Numbered from the stretch's first letter, positions 37,445 to 47,557 are shown. The stretch is 64,000 nt of DNA from Candidatus Roizmanbacteria bacterium RIFCSPLOWO2_01_FULL_37_16 (GCA_001789695.1 MGAI01000035.1:2274-66273), one strand, 5' to 3'. Made by a program: numbers and translations. The notes: generated by a model from the sequence alone, not told the origin.

Positions 37445-37473
37445 TTGACTTTAATAATTAGCTTTGTTAATAT
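37445..37473 (+). promoter_or_regulatory. Candidate upstream promoter of the tRNA-Ala/23S unit
   Basis: TTGACT, 17 nt, TAATAT. By-eye match only. Confidence 0.25.
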
Positions 37474-37590
37474 AATTAGTACAAATGAAAATTTTTCTTT
37501 CCTAAAGGCAAGATTGGAGACTACAAAAAACTCTCCTAACAGCCTTCATTAATTAAATCTAAATTTAAAAAGCCAAAAACCAAATGTTTT

Positions 37591-37619
37591 TTGACCTATT
37601 GATGTTTGAGCTTTGATAT
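37591..37619 (+). promoter_or_regulatory. Candidate proximal promoter of the tRNA-Ala/23S unit
   Basis: TTGACC, 17 nt, TGATAT, ending 17 nt before tRNA-Ala. Confidence 0.3.
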
Positions 37620-37635
37620 TTGAAATTATCTGATT

Positions 37636-37709
37636 GGGCCTATAGCTCAATTGGCCAGAGCATCGGATTTGCATTCCGAAGGTTTGGGGTTCAACTCCCC
37701 ATAGGTCCA
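37636..37709 (+). tRNA. tRNA-Ala(UGC)
   Basis: Acceptor GGGCCTA/TAGGTCC with the G3:U70 identity pair, anticodon arm TCGGA-TTTGCAT-TCCGA, T arm TGGGG-TTCAACT-CCCCA. Confidence 0.9.
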
Positions 37710-37710
37710 C

Positions 37711-37752
37711 CCTTCGACTTTTCTCAGGGCTATAGCCTTGAGCGAGCGAAGG
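37711..37752 (+). repeat. GC-rich hairpin between tRNA-Ala and 23S (related to 2338-2362)
   Basis: CCTTCG-ACTTTTCTCAGGGCTATAGCCTTGAGCGAG-CGAAGG with nested stems. CGACTTTTCTCAGGGCTATAGCC resembles CGACTTTTGCTCGGGACTGTAGCC at 2339-2362. Confidence 0.4.
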
Positions 37753-38278
37753 CAAATCGAAATGCACTTTAACAATTAAAGGTAGGTCAAAATAACTAAT
37801 AGAAAAGATGGGAGAAATAAAGCTAATGGTGGATGCCTAGGTAACTTAAGCCGAAGAAGGACGCGTGAATGAGCGCGATAACAACGGTGAGTCCTCTATC
37901 AGACGATATCAACCGTTGGTTTCCGAATGGGGCAACCCGATCCTGCGTAAGTAGGATGATACTACGCTTCGCGTAGTAAGGAGACCTAATGAACTGAAAC
38001 ATCTCAGTAACTAGAGGAAAAGAAAACAATAGTGATTTCGTTAGTAGCGGCGAGCGAAAGCGAAATAGCCCAAAGTCTGGAGTAATCCAGGCAGTTGCAG
38101 GGCCCGCCACAACAGGATCAGTTAAGAATAGAAGAATATCTTGGAAAAGATAGCCATAGAGGGTGATAGCCCTGTATTCTAAATTCGAGACTGCTTGGGT
38201 GGGTACCTAAGTACCACGAGTCACGGCAAACCTTGTGGGAATCTGGGTCGGTCACGATCCAAGGCTAAATACTTAAGT

Positions 38279-38319
<41 letters not shown>

Positions 38320-38395
38320 TCCCCCGAAAGGGGAGTGAAATAGAACCTGAAATCATTAGCTAACAAACAGACAGAGCTTGTGCGTAGCACAAGGC

Positions 38396-38495
38396 AGTTT
38401 AGAAAGTTCTTAAAGTGAAAAGTTTGTAAAGATATGTTGTATTAAAGCAATTATCTTTATTAAATTTAAAAACCTTATAACTTTGTAACTTCCTC
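38396..38495 (+). other. AT-rich intervening-sequence-like block in the 23S helix-25 region
   Basis: About 100 nt of very low GC lie between the hairpin CTTGTGCgtaGCACAAGG (38377-38394) and the conserved ...GTCGTGCCTATTGAAGAATGAGCCAGCGAG. The E. coli sequence has no counterpart. It contains a stem TAAAGATA/TATCTTTA. Confidence 0.5.
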
Positions 38496-39161
38496 GTGCT
38501 GCGCGCGAGTAATGTCGTGCCTATTGAAGAATGAGCCAGCGAGTCTCCGATAAGAACTTCGTTTAATCCCTTTTTGGGAAAAGGCAAAGCGAAAGCGAGT
38601 CTTAATAGGGCGAATTTTAGTTCTATCGAAGGACCCGAAACTGGGTGAGCTAACCATGAACAGGGTGAACTCCGCCTACAGGCGGAGGGAGGCCCGAACC
38701 CGTTGTCGGTGAAATGGCATGGGAAGATTTGTGGTTAGGGGTAATATGCCTATCGAACCCAGAGATAGCTGGTTCTCCCCGAAATATATTTTGGTATAGC
38801 CCTCGACTTTATTTATGAAGGGGTAGAGCTACTGGATGGTTATGAGAGCGTAAGCGATCACAATCAACCAAACTCCAAATACTTTGTAAAAATAGCGAGG
38901 AGTCAGTCTCGCCGGGATAAGCCGGTGTAGGCAAAAGAGAAACATCTCAGATTTCCGTCTAAGGTTCCTAAATGATTTTTAAGTGGTTAAGGCCGTTGGT
39001 TGTCCAACACAGTAGGAAGGTTGGCTCAGAAGCAGCCATCCTTTAAAGAGTGCGTAACAGCTCACCTAAATATTCTACGCCAATGGCGTAGGGATAATCT
39101 GCGCCGAAAATGATCGGAGCTAAAAATCTGCCGAAGACGAAAATCTTGTGCTTCGCACAAG

Positions 39162-39235
39162 GGTTTAAGGTTAATTACTTTTTGGTCATAATTGACTAAA
39201 AATAATCACAACTTTACTCTTGTGTGAAGCACAAG
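39162..39235 (+). other. Intervening-sequence-like block in the 23S helix-45 region (AT-rich spacer plus duplicated hairpin)
   Basis: CTTGTGCTTCGCACAAG (39145-39161) and CTTGTGTGAAGCACAAG (39219-39235) flank a 57-nt AT-rich spacer, just before the conserved GGTAGGGGAGCG. The two 17-mers are mutually complementary in 16 of 17 positions plus one G-U. Confidence 0.5.
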
Positions 39236-40434
39236 GTGGTAGGGGAGCGCCCGCCAGGCAGTGAAGCAAAATTGCAAGATTTTGTGGAGCGTGGCGGGGT
39301 GAGAATGCTGGCATAAGTAGTGTATCTCCCGATGAAAACTCGGGATGCCGAAAATCCAAGGTTTCCTCAGCAATGTCAATCAACTGAGGGTTAGTCGGAT
39401 CTAAGGGAGTCCTGTTTGGTACTTCCGATGTTCAAACAGTTAATATTCTGTTACTTTAACACTCTTGTTATTACTTAAAAATTGACGAAATTTGATACTC
39501 TGTCCCTTCTATATGGGGGGTTAAGTTATAAACTGTATCGTAAGATGCAGCAAGTAACAAATACAACCCTGACGTAATGTCGGGGGAGATAGAGGACTTA
39601 AGTTCCCAAGAAAAGATTTTTAAGGAAAGAGTGTTGAATCCGTACCGATAACCGACACAGGTGGATTGGTGTAGAACACTAAGGCATACGGGTAATGATG
39701 ATTCAAGGAACTCGGCAAAAAAGCTGGACGTAAGCTTTGCGATATGTCCTGTCCCGCCTCTGGCGGGATTGCAACAAATGTTTGTCAACCGACTGTTTAG
39801 CAAAAACACAGGTTCCTGCTAACCCTAAAAGGGGATGTATAGGAGCTGAAACCTGTCCAGTACTGGTAAGTTAATCATTTCGGGTGATTCCGACGAGCAA
39901 TCTTCGGAAAAGCTTGAGATGCAAGCTCCAGTGAACGACAGCTCTAACCCTGAGAGTTCTAAGGTAGCGTAACCCCTTGCCGGGTAAGTTCCGGCCCGCA
40001 TGAAAGGTCTAACGAGTTGACAACTGTCTTGAATCACTGCCCGACGAATTTGAAATGGCTGTGAAGATGCGGCCTACCTACACCTGGACAAGAAGACCCC
40101 GGGAGCTTAACTGAAACTAGGCATTGGTGGGAAGAAATAAATTGTTGAGCGTAGGAGGGAGTCCCGAGTTTATCGGGACAACGATGAAACACCTCTCTCT
40201 TGTTTTTTTTCACCTTATCCCGCTTAGCGGGAGACAGTACTTGGTGGTCAGTTTAACTGGGGCGGTTTCCTCCAAAAGAGTAACGGAGGAGCGCAAAGGT
40301 CAGCTAGCTGCGCATAGAAATCGCAGTGTTAGTGCAAACGCATAAGCTGGCTTAACTGTGAGGCATACAAGCCGATCAGATGCGAAAGCAGGCGTTAGTG
40401 ATCCTCGATCCCGATGTGATATCGGGACGGGCTT

Positions 40435-40467
<33 letters not shown>

Positions 40468-40571
40468 GGTCGCCTCCGAGAGTTCATATCGACGAGGCGG
40501 TTCGGCACCTCGATGTCGGCTCACCGCATCCTGGGGCTGAAGTCGGTCCCAATGGTCGGGCTGTTCGCCCG

Positions 40572-40618
<47 letters not shown>

Positions 40619-40926
40619 ACTCTATCCGGTGTAGGCGCATGGAATTTTGAGGAGGGACTCCTACAGTACGAGAGGACCTAGGATGTGGAGATCCCTGGTG
40701 TACCGGTTATCTTATAAGGGTAATGCCGGGTAGCTATATCTCTATTCGATAAACACTGAATGCATATCAAGTGTGAAGCGAGCTCCAAGATAAGAATTCC
40801 TTTTAGCTTTCCTGAAGATTACAGGATTAATAGACGTCAGGTGTAAGTTCTGTAAAGAATTTAGCCAAGACGTACTAAGTAGCAATCTCCCATCTTTTTT
40901 ATTAGTTAAAATAGAAATAATCAAAC

Positions 40927-42090
40927 CTACTCGTTAAGCAGTTCGCTGCCAAGGACACGATATATCTCTTCAATTGATGTTATTCCGCCATAAACTTTAT
41001 TCAAGGCCGATGTTTTTAATGAATGAATTTGCTTTTTTTTAAGTAATTGATTAAGGTATGAAACTGGTTGATTTTCTACAATAGCTGTTTTAATATCATT
41101 GTCAAAATAGGTAATTTCATAAATTCCTGTTCTGCCAAGATAGCCTGTCGCTTTACAAAGATGACATCCTTTTGCTTTAAATAAGGTCGCCACATTTTCT
41201 CCTACTAGTTTTTTTTCATCACTATTAGGTACAAAAGCACTTCTGCAAGAAGTACAGATTTTTCTTACCAATCTGGATGTTATTACAGCTTTTATTGTTT
41301 GGGCAACAACAACATGTGTTATTCCCATTTCTAAAAGTCTGGTTACCAGAGCAGGAACGTCAAATGTATGAAAAGTAGAAAGAACTAAAGTACCAATCAG
41401 AGCAGCTTGAATGGCCATTCGCGTAGTATCAGCGTCACGTATTTCTCCCAGCATGATTATATCTGGATCTTGACGGATAACTGAACGCATAGCTTTTGCA
41501 AAAGTAAAACCTATACTTTCATTGACTTGGCTTTGTCGGATACCTTCTATTCTATATTCTATCGGGTCCTCTAAAGTTATAATATTTCTAAAAGGTCTAT
41601 TAAGAAAGTCTAAAATTGAATAAAGCAGGTTAGTTTTTCCAGAAGAAGTCGGACCAGTAATCAGTATCATACCCGAAGTACTTAAGAGAAGTTTATGTAT
41701 CATAAGGAGCTGATCACGTTCTAAACCAGTATTATTTAATTTCAAAAGCATGTCTTCTCTGTTTAGAATACGAATAACAATATTTTCTCCAAATAAAGCA
41801 GGCAAGATAGAAACCCTGAAGTTATAAAGTACACTTTTATACAAGAATTCAAAATGACCATCTTGGGGTTGTCTGCGTTCGGCAATATTCATGTTAGAAA
41901 GTACTTTAATTTTGCTTATTGTGTTTTCTTTCAAATATTTATCTACCTTATTAAAAAGATGTAATATTCCATCAATTCGGAAGCGAATATTTAAGTGATC
42001 TCTTTCTGGTTCAATATGAATATCACTGGCTCTATAATCCAAAGCATTTTGCAAGATAGATGTAACAATCTCATCTGCCGTATCTGCCAT
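40927..42090 (-). CDS. GspE/PilB-family type II/IV secretion ATPase (core ATPase only, 387 aa)
   Basis: DIHIEP, Walker A GPTSSGKTN, Asp/His boxes (IMLGEIRD, LVLSTFHT) and the tetracysteine cluster (CTSC...CHLC). No N-terminal GSPII_E_N domain. Confidence 0.85.
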   Translation of the reverse strand: MADTADEIVTSILQNALDYRASDIHIEPERDHLNIRFRIDGILHLFNKVDKYLKENTISKIKVLSNMNIAERRQPQDGHFEFLYKSVLYNFRVSILPALFGENIVIRILNREDMLLKLNNTGLERDQLLMIHKLLLSTSGMILITGPTSSGKTNLLYSILDFLNRPFRNIITLEDPIEYRIEGIRQSQVNESIGFTFAKAMRSVIRQDPDIIMLGEIRDADTTRMAIQAALIGTLVLSTFHTFDVPALVTRLLEMGITHVVVAQTIKAVITSRLVRKICTSCRSAFVPNSDEKKLVGENVATLFKAKGCHLCKATGYLGRTGIYEITYFDNDIKTAIVENQPVSYLNQLLKKKQIHSLKTSALNKVYGGITSIEEIYRVLGSELLNE

Positions 42091-42148
42091 AAGAAGATAA
42101 TTATTAACTACAAGTCATCATATAATATTTTGTTATAATTTTACAAGC

Positions 42149-42619
42149 ATGAAAATACTTGCAATTGATTCTGGCGTAGAGAAGACCGGTTTTTCAATCT
42201 TTACTAAGGAAAGTAAAAACTTCAAGTACATAGATTCTGGTTTGATTAAGACAAATAAAGACGAATCTTATGAAATAAGAGTCTATCAAATCTATAAAAA
42301 ATTAAACGACGTCATAAAAATATTTAAGCCTAAAAAAATTATTCTTGAACGATTATTTTTTTTTCAAAACCAAAAAACAGCTATACAGGTCGGTCAAACA
42401 CAAGGAGTAATCATTCTTCTAGCGGCTCAAAATAATATTTCTTTAGAATATTTAACACCCCTTCAAATAAAACAGACAGTCACAGGTTATGGGCTTTCAG
42501 ATAAAAAATCTGTTCGAAAAATGATTGATCTTACGTTAAAACCCCAAAAAAAAATTAAAGAGGATGATGAGATAGACGCTATTGCCTGTGGGCTTGCCTA
42601 TTGTTACCTTTTTCACTAG
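42149..42619 (+). CDS. ruvC: Crossover junction endodeoxyribonuclease RuvC
   Basis: MKILAIDSGVEKTGFSIF (catalytic Asp), the IILERLFF region, and C-terminal DEIDAIACGL. Confidence 0.85.
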   Translation: MKILAIDSGVEKTGFSIFTKESKNFKYIDSGLIKTNKDESYEIRVYQIYKKLNDVIKIFKPKKIILERLFFFQNQKTAIQVGQTQGVIILLAAQNNISLEYLTPLQIKQTVTGYGLSDKKSVRKMIDLTLKPQKKIKEDDEIDAIACGLAYCYLFH

Positions 42620-42651
42620 ATAGTTTATATTAAATTTTTTATACTAATTTA

Positions 42652-44286
42652 ATGACACCAGTTATTTTGATAGTACTTGATGGATTTGGTCTAGCCTCAC
42701 ATTTGCCAGGAAACGCAATCTATCTGGCAAACCCTCAAAATATAAACTCTTTACTTTATAGCTATCCAAATACTACTCTTAAAGCCTCAGGACAGGCTGT
42801 TGGACTTCCTGCTGATGAGGTTGGCAATACCGAAGTTGGGCATTTAAATCTGGGGGCAGGAAGAATTGTTTATCAAGATCTTCCCAGGATTAATATGGCC
42901 ATAGCTGATGGAAGTTTTTACAAAAATAGTGTTTTTCAGGAAGCTCTTTCTCACGCGAAAAAAAATAAAAGTAATCTTCATCTTATTGGACTCGTCGGTG
43001 AAGGTTCGGTTCATTCAAGCGTAGATCACCTTTATGCCTTGCTTTATTTAATGAAAGAGCAAAATCTTGAAAAAGTTTATTTACATCTAATTACCGACGG
43101 TCGGGATTCTCCACCTAAATCGGCATTAGGATCGGTTAAAAGCCTGAAAGAAAAACTAGATAGTCTTAAAATCGGAATAATTGCCTCAATTATGGGCAGA
43201 TATTATGCTATGGATAGAGATAGGCGCTGGGAAAGAACAGAAAAGGCTTACGAATGTCTGATAAAAGGATCAGTAAATAAAACACAATCAGTAATCTCAA
43301 CGATTGAAGATTCCTATAGGCAGGGTAGAACAGACGAATTTATTGAACCAACTAATATAGTTAATCCTAACGGTGAACCAATAGTCTTAATTAAAGAAAA
43401 TGACGCGATTATCTTTTTTAATTATCGCATCGATCGACCTCGTCAATTAACTAAAGCCTTTGTCCTCGAAAATTTTGAGCAGGATGCAAATAAGACGCTG
43501 TCTTTCGATCCCTATGCGATTAAATATTATAAATCCCATCTTCATCAGGAAGAAATCCTCACTCCACCGTTTCAAAGGAGTCCTAAATTAAACAATTTAT
43601 ATTTTGTTACTATGACAGAATATGAAAAAAATTTAGCAGTTAAAGTAGCTTTTCCTCCAATTCGAGTTCACACTCCGTTGGGAAAAGTCATATCTGAAGC
43701 GGGATTTAGCCAACTTAGGATGGCAGAATCTGAAAAGGAAAGATTTGTAACATTTTATTTTAATGGTCAAAACGAAGCATCTTTTGCCCAAGAAGAACGA
43801 CTTATTATTCCCTCTCCCAAAGTCCCCACTTACGATACTAAACCAGAAATGTCCGCTCATGAACTAACAAATGTATTGATTAGTAAGCTAAGAGAAAAAA
43901 AATATCACTTTATTTTAGTAAATTTTGCCAATCCTGACATGGTAGGTCATACAGGTAACATCGAAGCTACTACAAAAGCTATAAAGGTAATTGATGAGTG
44001 TTTGGGTAAAATAGTGAGGGAAGCACTTATTTTAAATTATTATTTACTTATTACCGCTGATCACGGTAATGCTGAACAAAAAATTAATCCTCAAACCGGC
44101 GAAATTTCTACAGAACACACGAATAATCCTGTTCCTTTTGTAGCTGTAGGTAATAAATTTCTAGGTCGTTTCATAAAATTACAGACTGGAATTCTGGCTG
44201 ATGTTGCACCAACTATTCTATCACTTTTGGAACTTCCCAAGCCTCAAGACATGACAGGTAGAAATTTATTAGAAGAGATTTCTTAG
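42652..44286 (+). CDS. gpmI: 2,3-bisphosphoglycerate-independent phosphoglycerate mutase
   Basis: VILIVLDGFG, GNTEVGHLNLGAGR, NFANPDMVGHTG and ITADHGNAE. Confidence 0.9.
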   Translation: MTPVILIVLDGFGLASHLPGNAIYLANPQNINSLLYSYPNTTLKASGQAVGLPADEVGNTEVGHLNLGAGRIVYQDLPRINMAIADGSFYKNSVFQEALSHAKKNKSNLHLIGLVGEGSVHSSVDHLYALLYLMKEQNLEKVYLHLITDGRDSPPKSALGSVKSLKEKLDSLKIGIIASIMGRYYAMDRDRRWERTEKAYECLIKGSVNKTQSVISTIEDSYRQGRTDEFIEPTNIVNPNGEPIVLIKENDAIIFFNYRIDRPRQLTKAFVLENFEQDANKTLSFDPYAIKYYKSHLHQEEILTPPFQRSPKLNNLYFVTMTEYEKNLAVKVAFPPIRVHTPLGKVISEAGFSQLRMAESEKERFVTFYFNGQNEASFAQEERLIIPSPKVPTYDTKPEMSAHELTNVLISKLREKKYHFILVNFANPDMVGHTGNIEATTKAIKVIDECLGKIVREALILNYYLLITADHGNAEQKINPQTGEISTEHTNNPVPFVAVGNKFLGRFIKLQTGILADVAPTILSLLELPKPQDMTGRNLLEEIS

Positions 44287-44307
44287 TCCGCAAATAAGTA
44301 TTATATT

Positions 44308-45213
44308 TTAGTTAGCGCCAATTTTAGTAAGTATTTTTGCTGCGTATCTTGCACCATTATTCATTGCTTTTTTTATATTCTTTGTTTTGAAATATTCCGC
44401 GATAAATCCAGCTGTATATCCGTCACCGGCACCGGTTGTATCTAAAATTTTTTCAGGCATTAGCGCAGGCTGAAAAAAAACTTGCTTTTTAATATACCCA
44501 TGGCTACCTTTTTCTGCATCCGTTATTATGAGTATTTTACTTTGAATTTCTGGTAATAATTCTAATAAATTATTGTTAAAATTTAGAAGTTGGTAATCTT
44601 TTTTAACTAAATCGGCAAATTCATGACTGTTGACTATCAATATATCTAGACTGTCGAAAATAACATTTAATTCAACCTTTTGTCGTTGACAATCAGTAGA
44701 AGCCAAGTTAACAATTGTTAAAACTTTATCTCCCTTGAAATGGTTGACAATTTTATTTTTTTCCTTGATATCTACGTGAGGAAGAGGACCAAGATAAACA
44801 TTTTCAGCTTTCTTAATATCTTCGTTTAATTCAAATCCCTGCCAAAGTTTGTTAGGTGTTTCATAATTAACTATAGTTCTTTCTCCATTAGTAGATAATA
44901 AAATTGTCGAAATTTTAAAGTAATTGTTTTGATATTGACATAACTGCGAGGAAATATTTTTATCTTTAAGTTTTTTTAAAATTAATTCACGAAAAGGATT
45001 GTTGCCTATTTTGGCAAAAACGGCAACCTTATATCCGTGCTTTGTTAAACCAGCTGCAACATTGCATCCTCCTCCACCAATGTCCTCATAAAATTCATCA
45101 GCAAAATATTTGCCACCGATGGCTAGCTGGAATCGATTATCTTTATAAGTTAAAGATTCACCTTTAAAATAAAGATCTATACTAATATTTCCAATACAGA
45201 TAAAATCGTACAT
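44308..45213 (-). CDS. PfkB-family carbohydrate kinase
   Basis: N-terminal GG motif (IGGGGCNVA) and C-terminal DTTGAGDGYTAGF. Substrate not inferable. Confidence 0.8.
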   Translation of the reverse strand: MYDFICIGNISIDLYFKGESLTYKDNRFQLAIGGKYFADEFYEDIGGGGCNVAAGLTKHGYKVAVFAKIGNNPFRELILKKLKDKNISSQLCQYQNNYFKISTILLSTNGERTIVNYETPNKLWQGFELNEDIKKAENVYLGPLPHVDIKEKNKIVNHFKGDKVLTIVNLASTDCQRQKVELNVIFDSLDILIVNSHEFADLVKKDYQLLNFNNNLLELLPEIQSKILIITDAEKGSHGYIKKQVFFQPALMPEKILDTTGAGDGYTAGFIAEYFKTKNIKKAMNNGARYAAKILTKIGAN

Positions 45214-45262
45214 TTATTTATGATAAATAAAATAATAGATGATAAGCAAATGTTTTTGACTA

Positions 45263-47371
45263 TCAGTCTCTTGTTATTTGTTTAATATTATATTCCTTGA
45301 TTCGTCTTTTTATTTCGAAAAAACTATCTAATCGATGATTTGCTAAAAAATAATTAACTGCCTTTTTAGATTTATCAATCAGTTGATAATCAGAAAGTGA
45401 GGCAACTTTTAGATCGACAACTCCGTGCTGACGAACACCATATATTTCTCCGGGACCTCTTATTTTAAGATCATATTCTGCTACTTCCATTCCAGATTGA
45501 GTTTTGGCAAAAAATTTTAATCGTTCAATCACCACATCATCTTTTGACCCAGTATATAAAATACAATAAGATTGTTTTTTTCCTCTTCCGACTCTGCCTC
45601 TGAGCTGATGGAGTTGGGCAAGGCCAAATCTTTCTGCAGCTTCGATTAACATGATTGTCGCATTGGGAATATCTATGCCTACTTCTACCACCGGCGTCGC
45701 AACCAAAATATCAATTTTTTTTTCTTTGAAATTTTTCATAATTAGATCTTTGTCATTAGATTTTATTTTTCCATGTAGAAGTTCTAATTTGTATTCGTTA
45801 AAAATTTCTTTCTTTAATCTTTCGTATTCTTTTGTCGCTGCTTTTATTGATTTCATTGTTTCAATTTCTGACTCTTCAATTAGCGGGCAGATAATAAAGA
45901 CCTGTATTTTCTCTTCCTTTATTTTTTTCTTGATCCATACGTAACCTGATTCTCTTTTATCCTGGGGTACCAAATAAGTTTTTATTGGAGTTCGACCTTT
46001 TGGCATCTCATCAATTATAGAAAGATCCAGTTCACCATAAAGGGTTAGTGCAACAGTTCGGGGAATAGGAGTTGCTGTCATTGTCAAAAGATGCGGATTT
46101 AAGCCTTTTTCTTTTAATTTTGCTCTTTGAACTACACCAAATCTATGTTGTTCATCGATTATTACCAGTCCAATCCTATCAAACTGTAATTTTTTATCAA
46201 TAAGCGCATGGGTTCCAACAATTATGTCATAATCAATCGATTTAATAAGCTTTTCTAATTTTTGCTTATGCTTGCGAATTATTTTTTTAGAACCTGTTTG
46301 CAATCCAATTTTTAGGTTTAATTTAGTAAAAGTTTCTTTCAGGGTTTGATAATGCTGAGAAGCTAATATTTCTGTCGGAGCCATAAAAAGGGATTGATAG
46401 CCATTGAGATAGCTAAAATAGCAGGCAATTGCGGCAACCACAGTTTTTCCCGATCCTACATCACCCTCCAAGAATCTATTCATCGGTCTGGATTTTACTA
46501 AATCGCCAATTATTTCTTTTACAGATCGGTTTTGTGCATTAGTTAATTGAAAGGGAAGATTTTGACTAAAATTTTGTAGTGATATTTTAAACGACGGTTC
46601 TAGTTTGAATGATTTTTTAACTTGTTCCTTATCCCATTCTTTTCTGATTAAAGCAGCTGATAACTGGATAGTGAATAATTCATCAAAAGCTAGGCGTTCG
46701 CGCGCTTTTTTCGCGTCGACTTGATTCTGAGGAAAATGGATAGATTGATATGCATTAAGTTCCCCAAATAAATTGTTGTATTTAACAATCTCTGCCGGAA
46801 AAATTTCAGCTATACCATCTTGATCCCACCTAGATCCGAGATGGTTGATAAGATAAAATATTTTTTCTCTTAATAATCTTGATGAAAGACCATTTTTTTC
46901 TGGATAGATAGGAACCAATCTGCCAGTATGCACGGTTGGAGAATTTAATTTTTCGAGTAGTTCGTATTCTTTTGGCTCAAAAGAAATTTTATTAAAAAAA
47001 CCTTTAATTTCCCCTGCTAGGGCAACATAACTGCCAATTCGCAATATTCGGAGTAAATATGGTTGATTGTACCAAACAGCATCGATTTTACCCGATTCAT
47101 CTGCAAGGGTGAGTTTTTGTATTTTTAAGCCTTTCTTGCTAGTAAGGTTGAACACTTTAATTATTTTACCTTTTATAGAGACGGTTTCTCCGCTTTGCAC
47201 TTTGGCAATAGGTGATATAACCAGGTAGTTTTCATAACGAAACGGAAAATAATTAAGAAGGTTCCAAACTGTTATAATTCCAACCGATTTTAACCGTTTA
47301 ATAGTTGTGGAACTGGTAGCCGGAAGATTTTCGATCGGAATTGAAATTAACTTATTGTTTAATTTACCCAT
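45263..47371 (-). CDS. recG: ATP-dependent DNA helicase RecG
   Basis: Wedge/OB N-terminus, Walker A GDVGSGKT, DEQHRFGV, and helicase C motifs (QLHQLRGRVGRG). Confidence 0.9.
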   Translation of the reverse strand: MGKLNNKLISIPIENLPATSSTTIKRLKSVGIITVWNLLNYFPFRYENYLVISPIAKVQSGETVSIKGKIIKVFNLTSKKGLKIQKLTLADESGKIDAVWYNQPYLLRILRIGSYVALAGEIKGFFNKISFEPKEYELLEKLNSPTVHTGRLVPIYPEKNGLSSRLLREKIFYLINHLGSRWDQDGIAEIFPAEIVKYNNLFGELNAYQSIHFPQNQVDAKKARERLAFDELFTIQLSAALIRKEWDKEQVKKSFKLEPSFKISLQNFSQNLPFQLTNAQNRSVKEIIGDLVKSRPMNRFLEGDVGSGKTVVAAIACYFSYLNGYQSLFMAPTEILASQHYQTLKETFTKLNLKIGLQTGSKKIIRKHKQKLEKLIKSIDYDIIVGTHALIDKKLQFDRIGLVIIDEQHRFGVVQRAKLKEKGLNPHLLTMTATPIPRTVALTLYGELDLSIIDEMPKGRTPIKTYLVPQDKRESGYVWIKKKIKEEKIQVFIICPLIEESEIETMKSIKAATKEYERLKKEIFNEYKLELLHGKIKSNDKDLIMKNFKEKKIDILVATPVVEVGIDIPNATIMLIEAAERFGLAQLHQLRGRVGRGKKQSYCILYTGSKDDVVIERLKFFAKTQSGMEVAEYDLKIRGPGEIYGVRQHGVVDLKVASLSDYQLIDKSKKAVNYFLANHRLDSFFEIKRRIKEYNIKQITRD

Positions 47372-47381
47372 TGTTGCTTTA

Positions 47382-47498
47382 TTATCTCACAAATAAAAGC
47401 GGCGCAAGAGAAGAGGCAATAAGGAGTAAAGACGAGATTATAATTATTATTTTCCAGATAGCTTCTTTTTTTATTTTGAAAAATTTTTTAATACTCAT
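47382..47498 (-). CDS. Possible 38-aa single-TM peptide upstream of recG
   Basis: The ORF MSIKKFFKIKKEAIWKIIIIISSLLLIASSLAPLLFVR was found by hand below the track cutoff. It ends 10 nt before the recG start. No homology evidence. Confidence 0.2.
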   Translation of the reverse strand: MSIKKFFKIKKEAIWKIIIIISSLLLIASSLAPLLFVR

Positions 47499-47557
47499 AT
47501 CTATTAATTTTACCGATTAAAAATGAGTTTTTATACCTATTTTGCTATACTATATTA

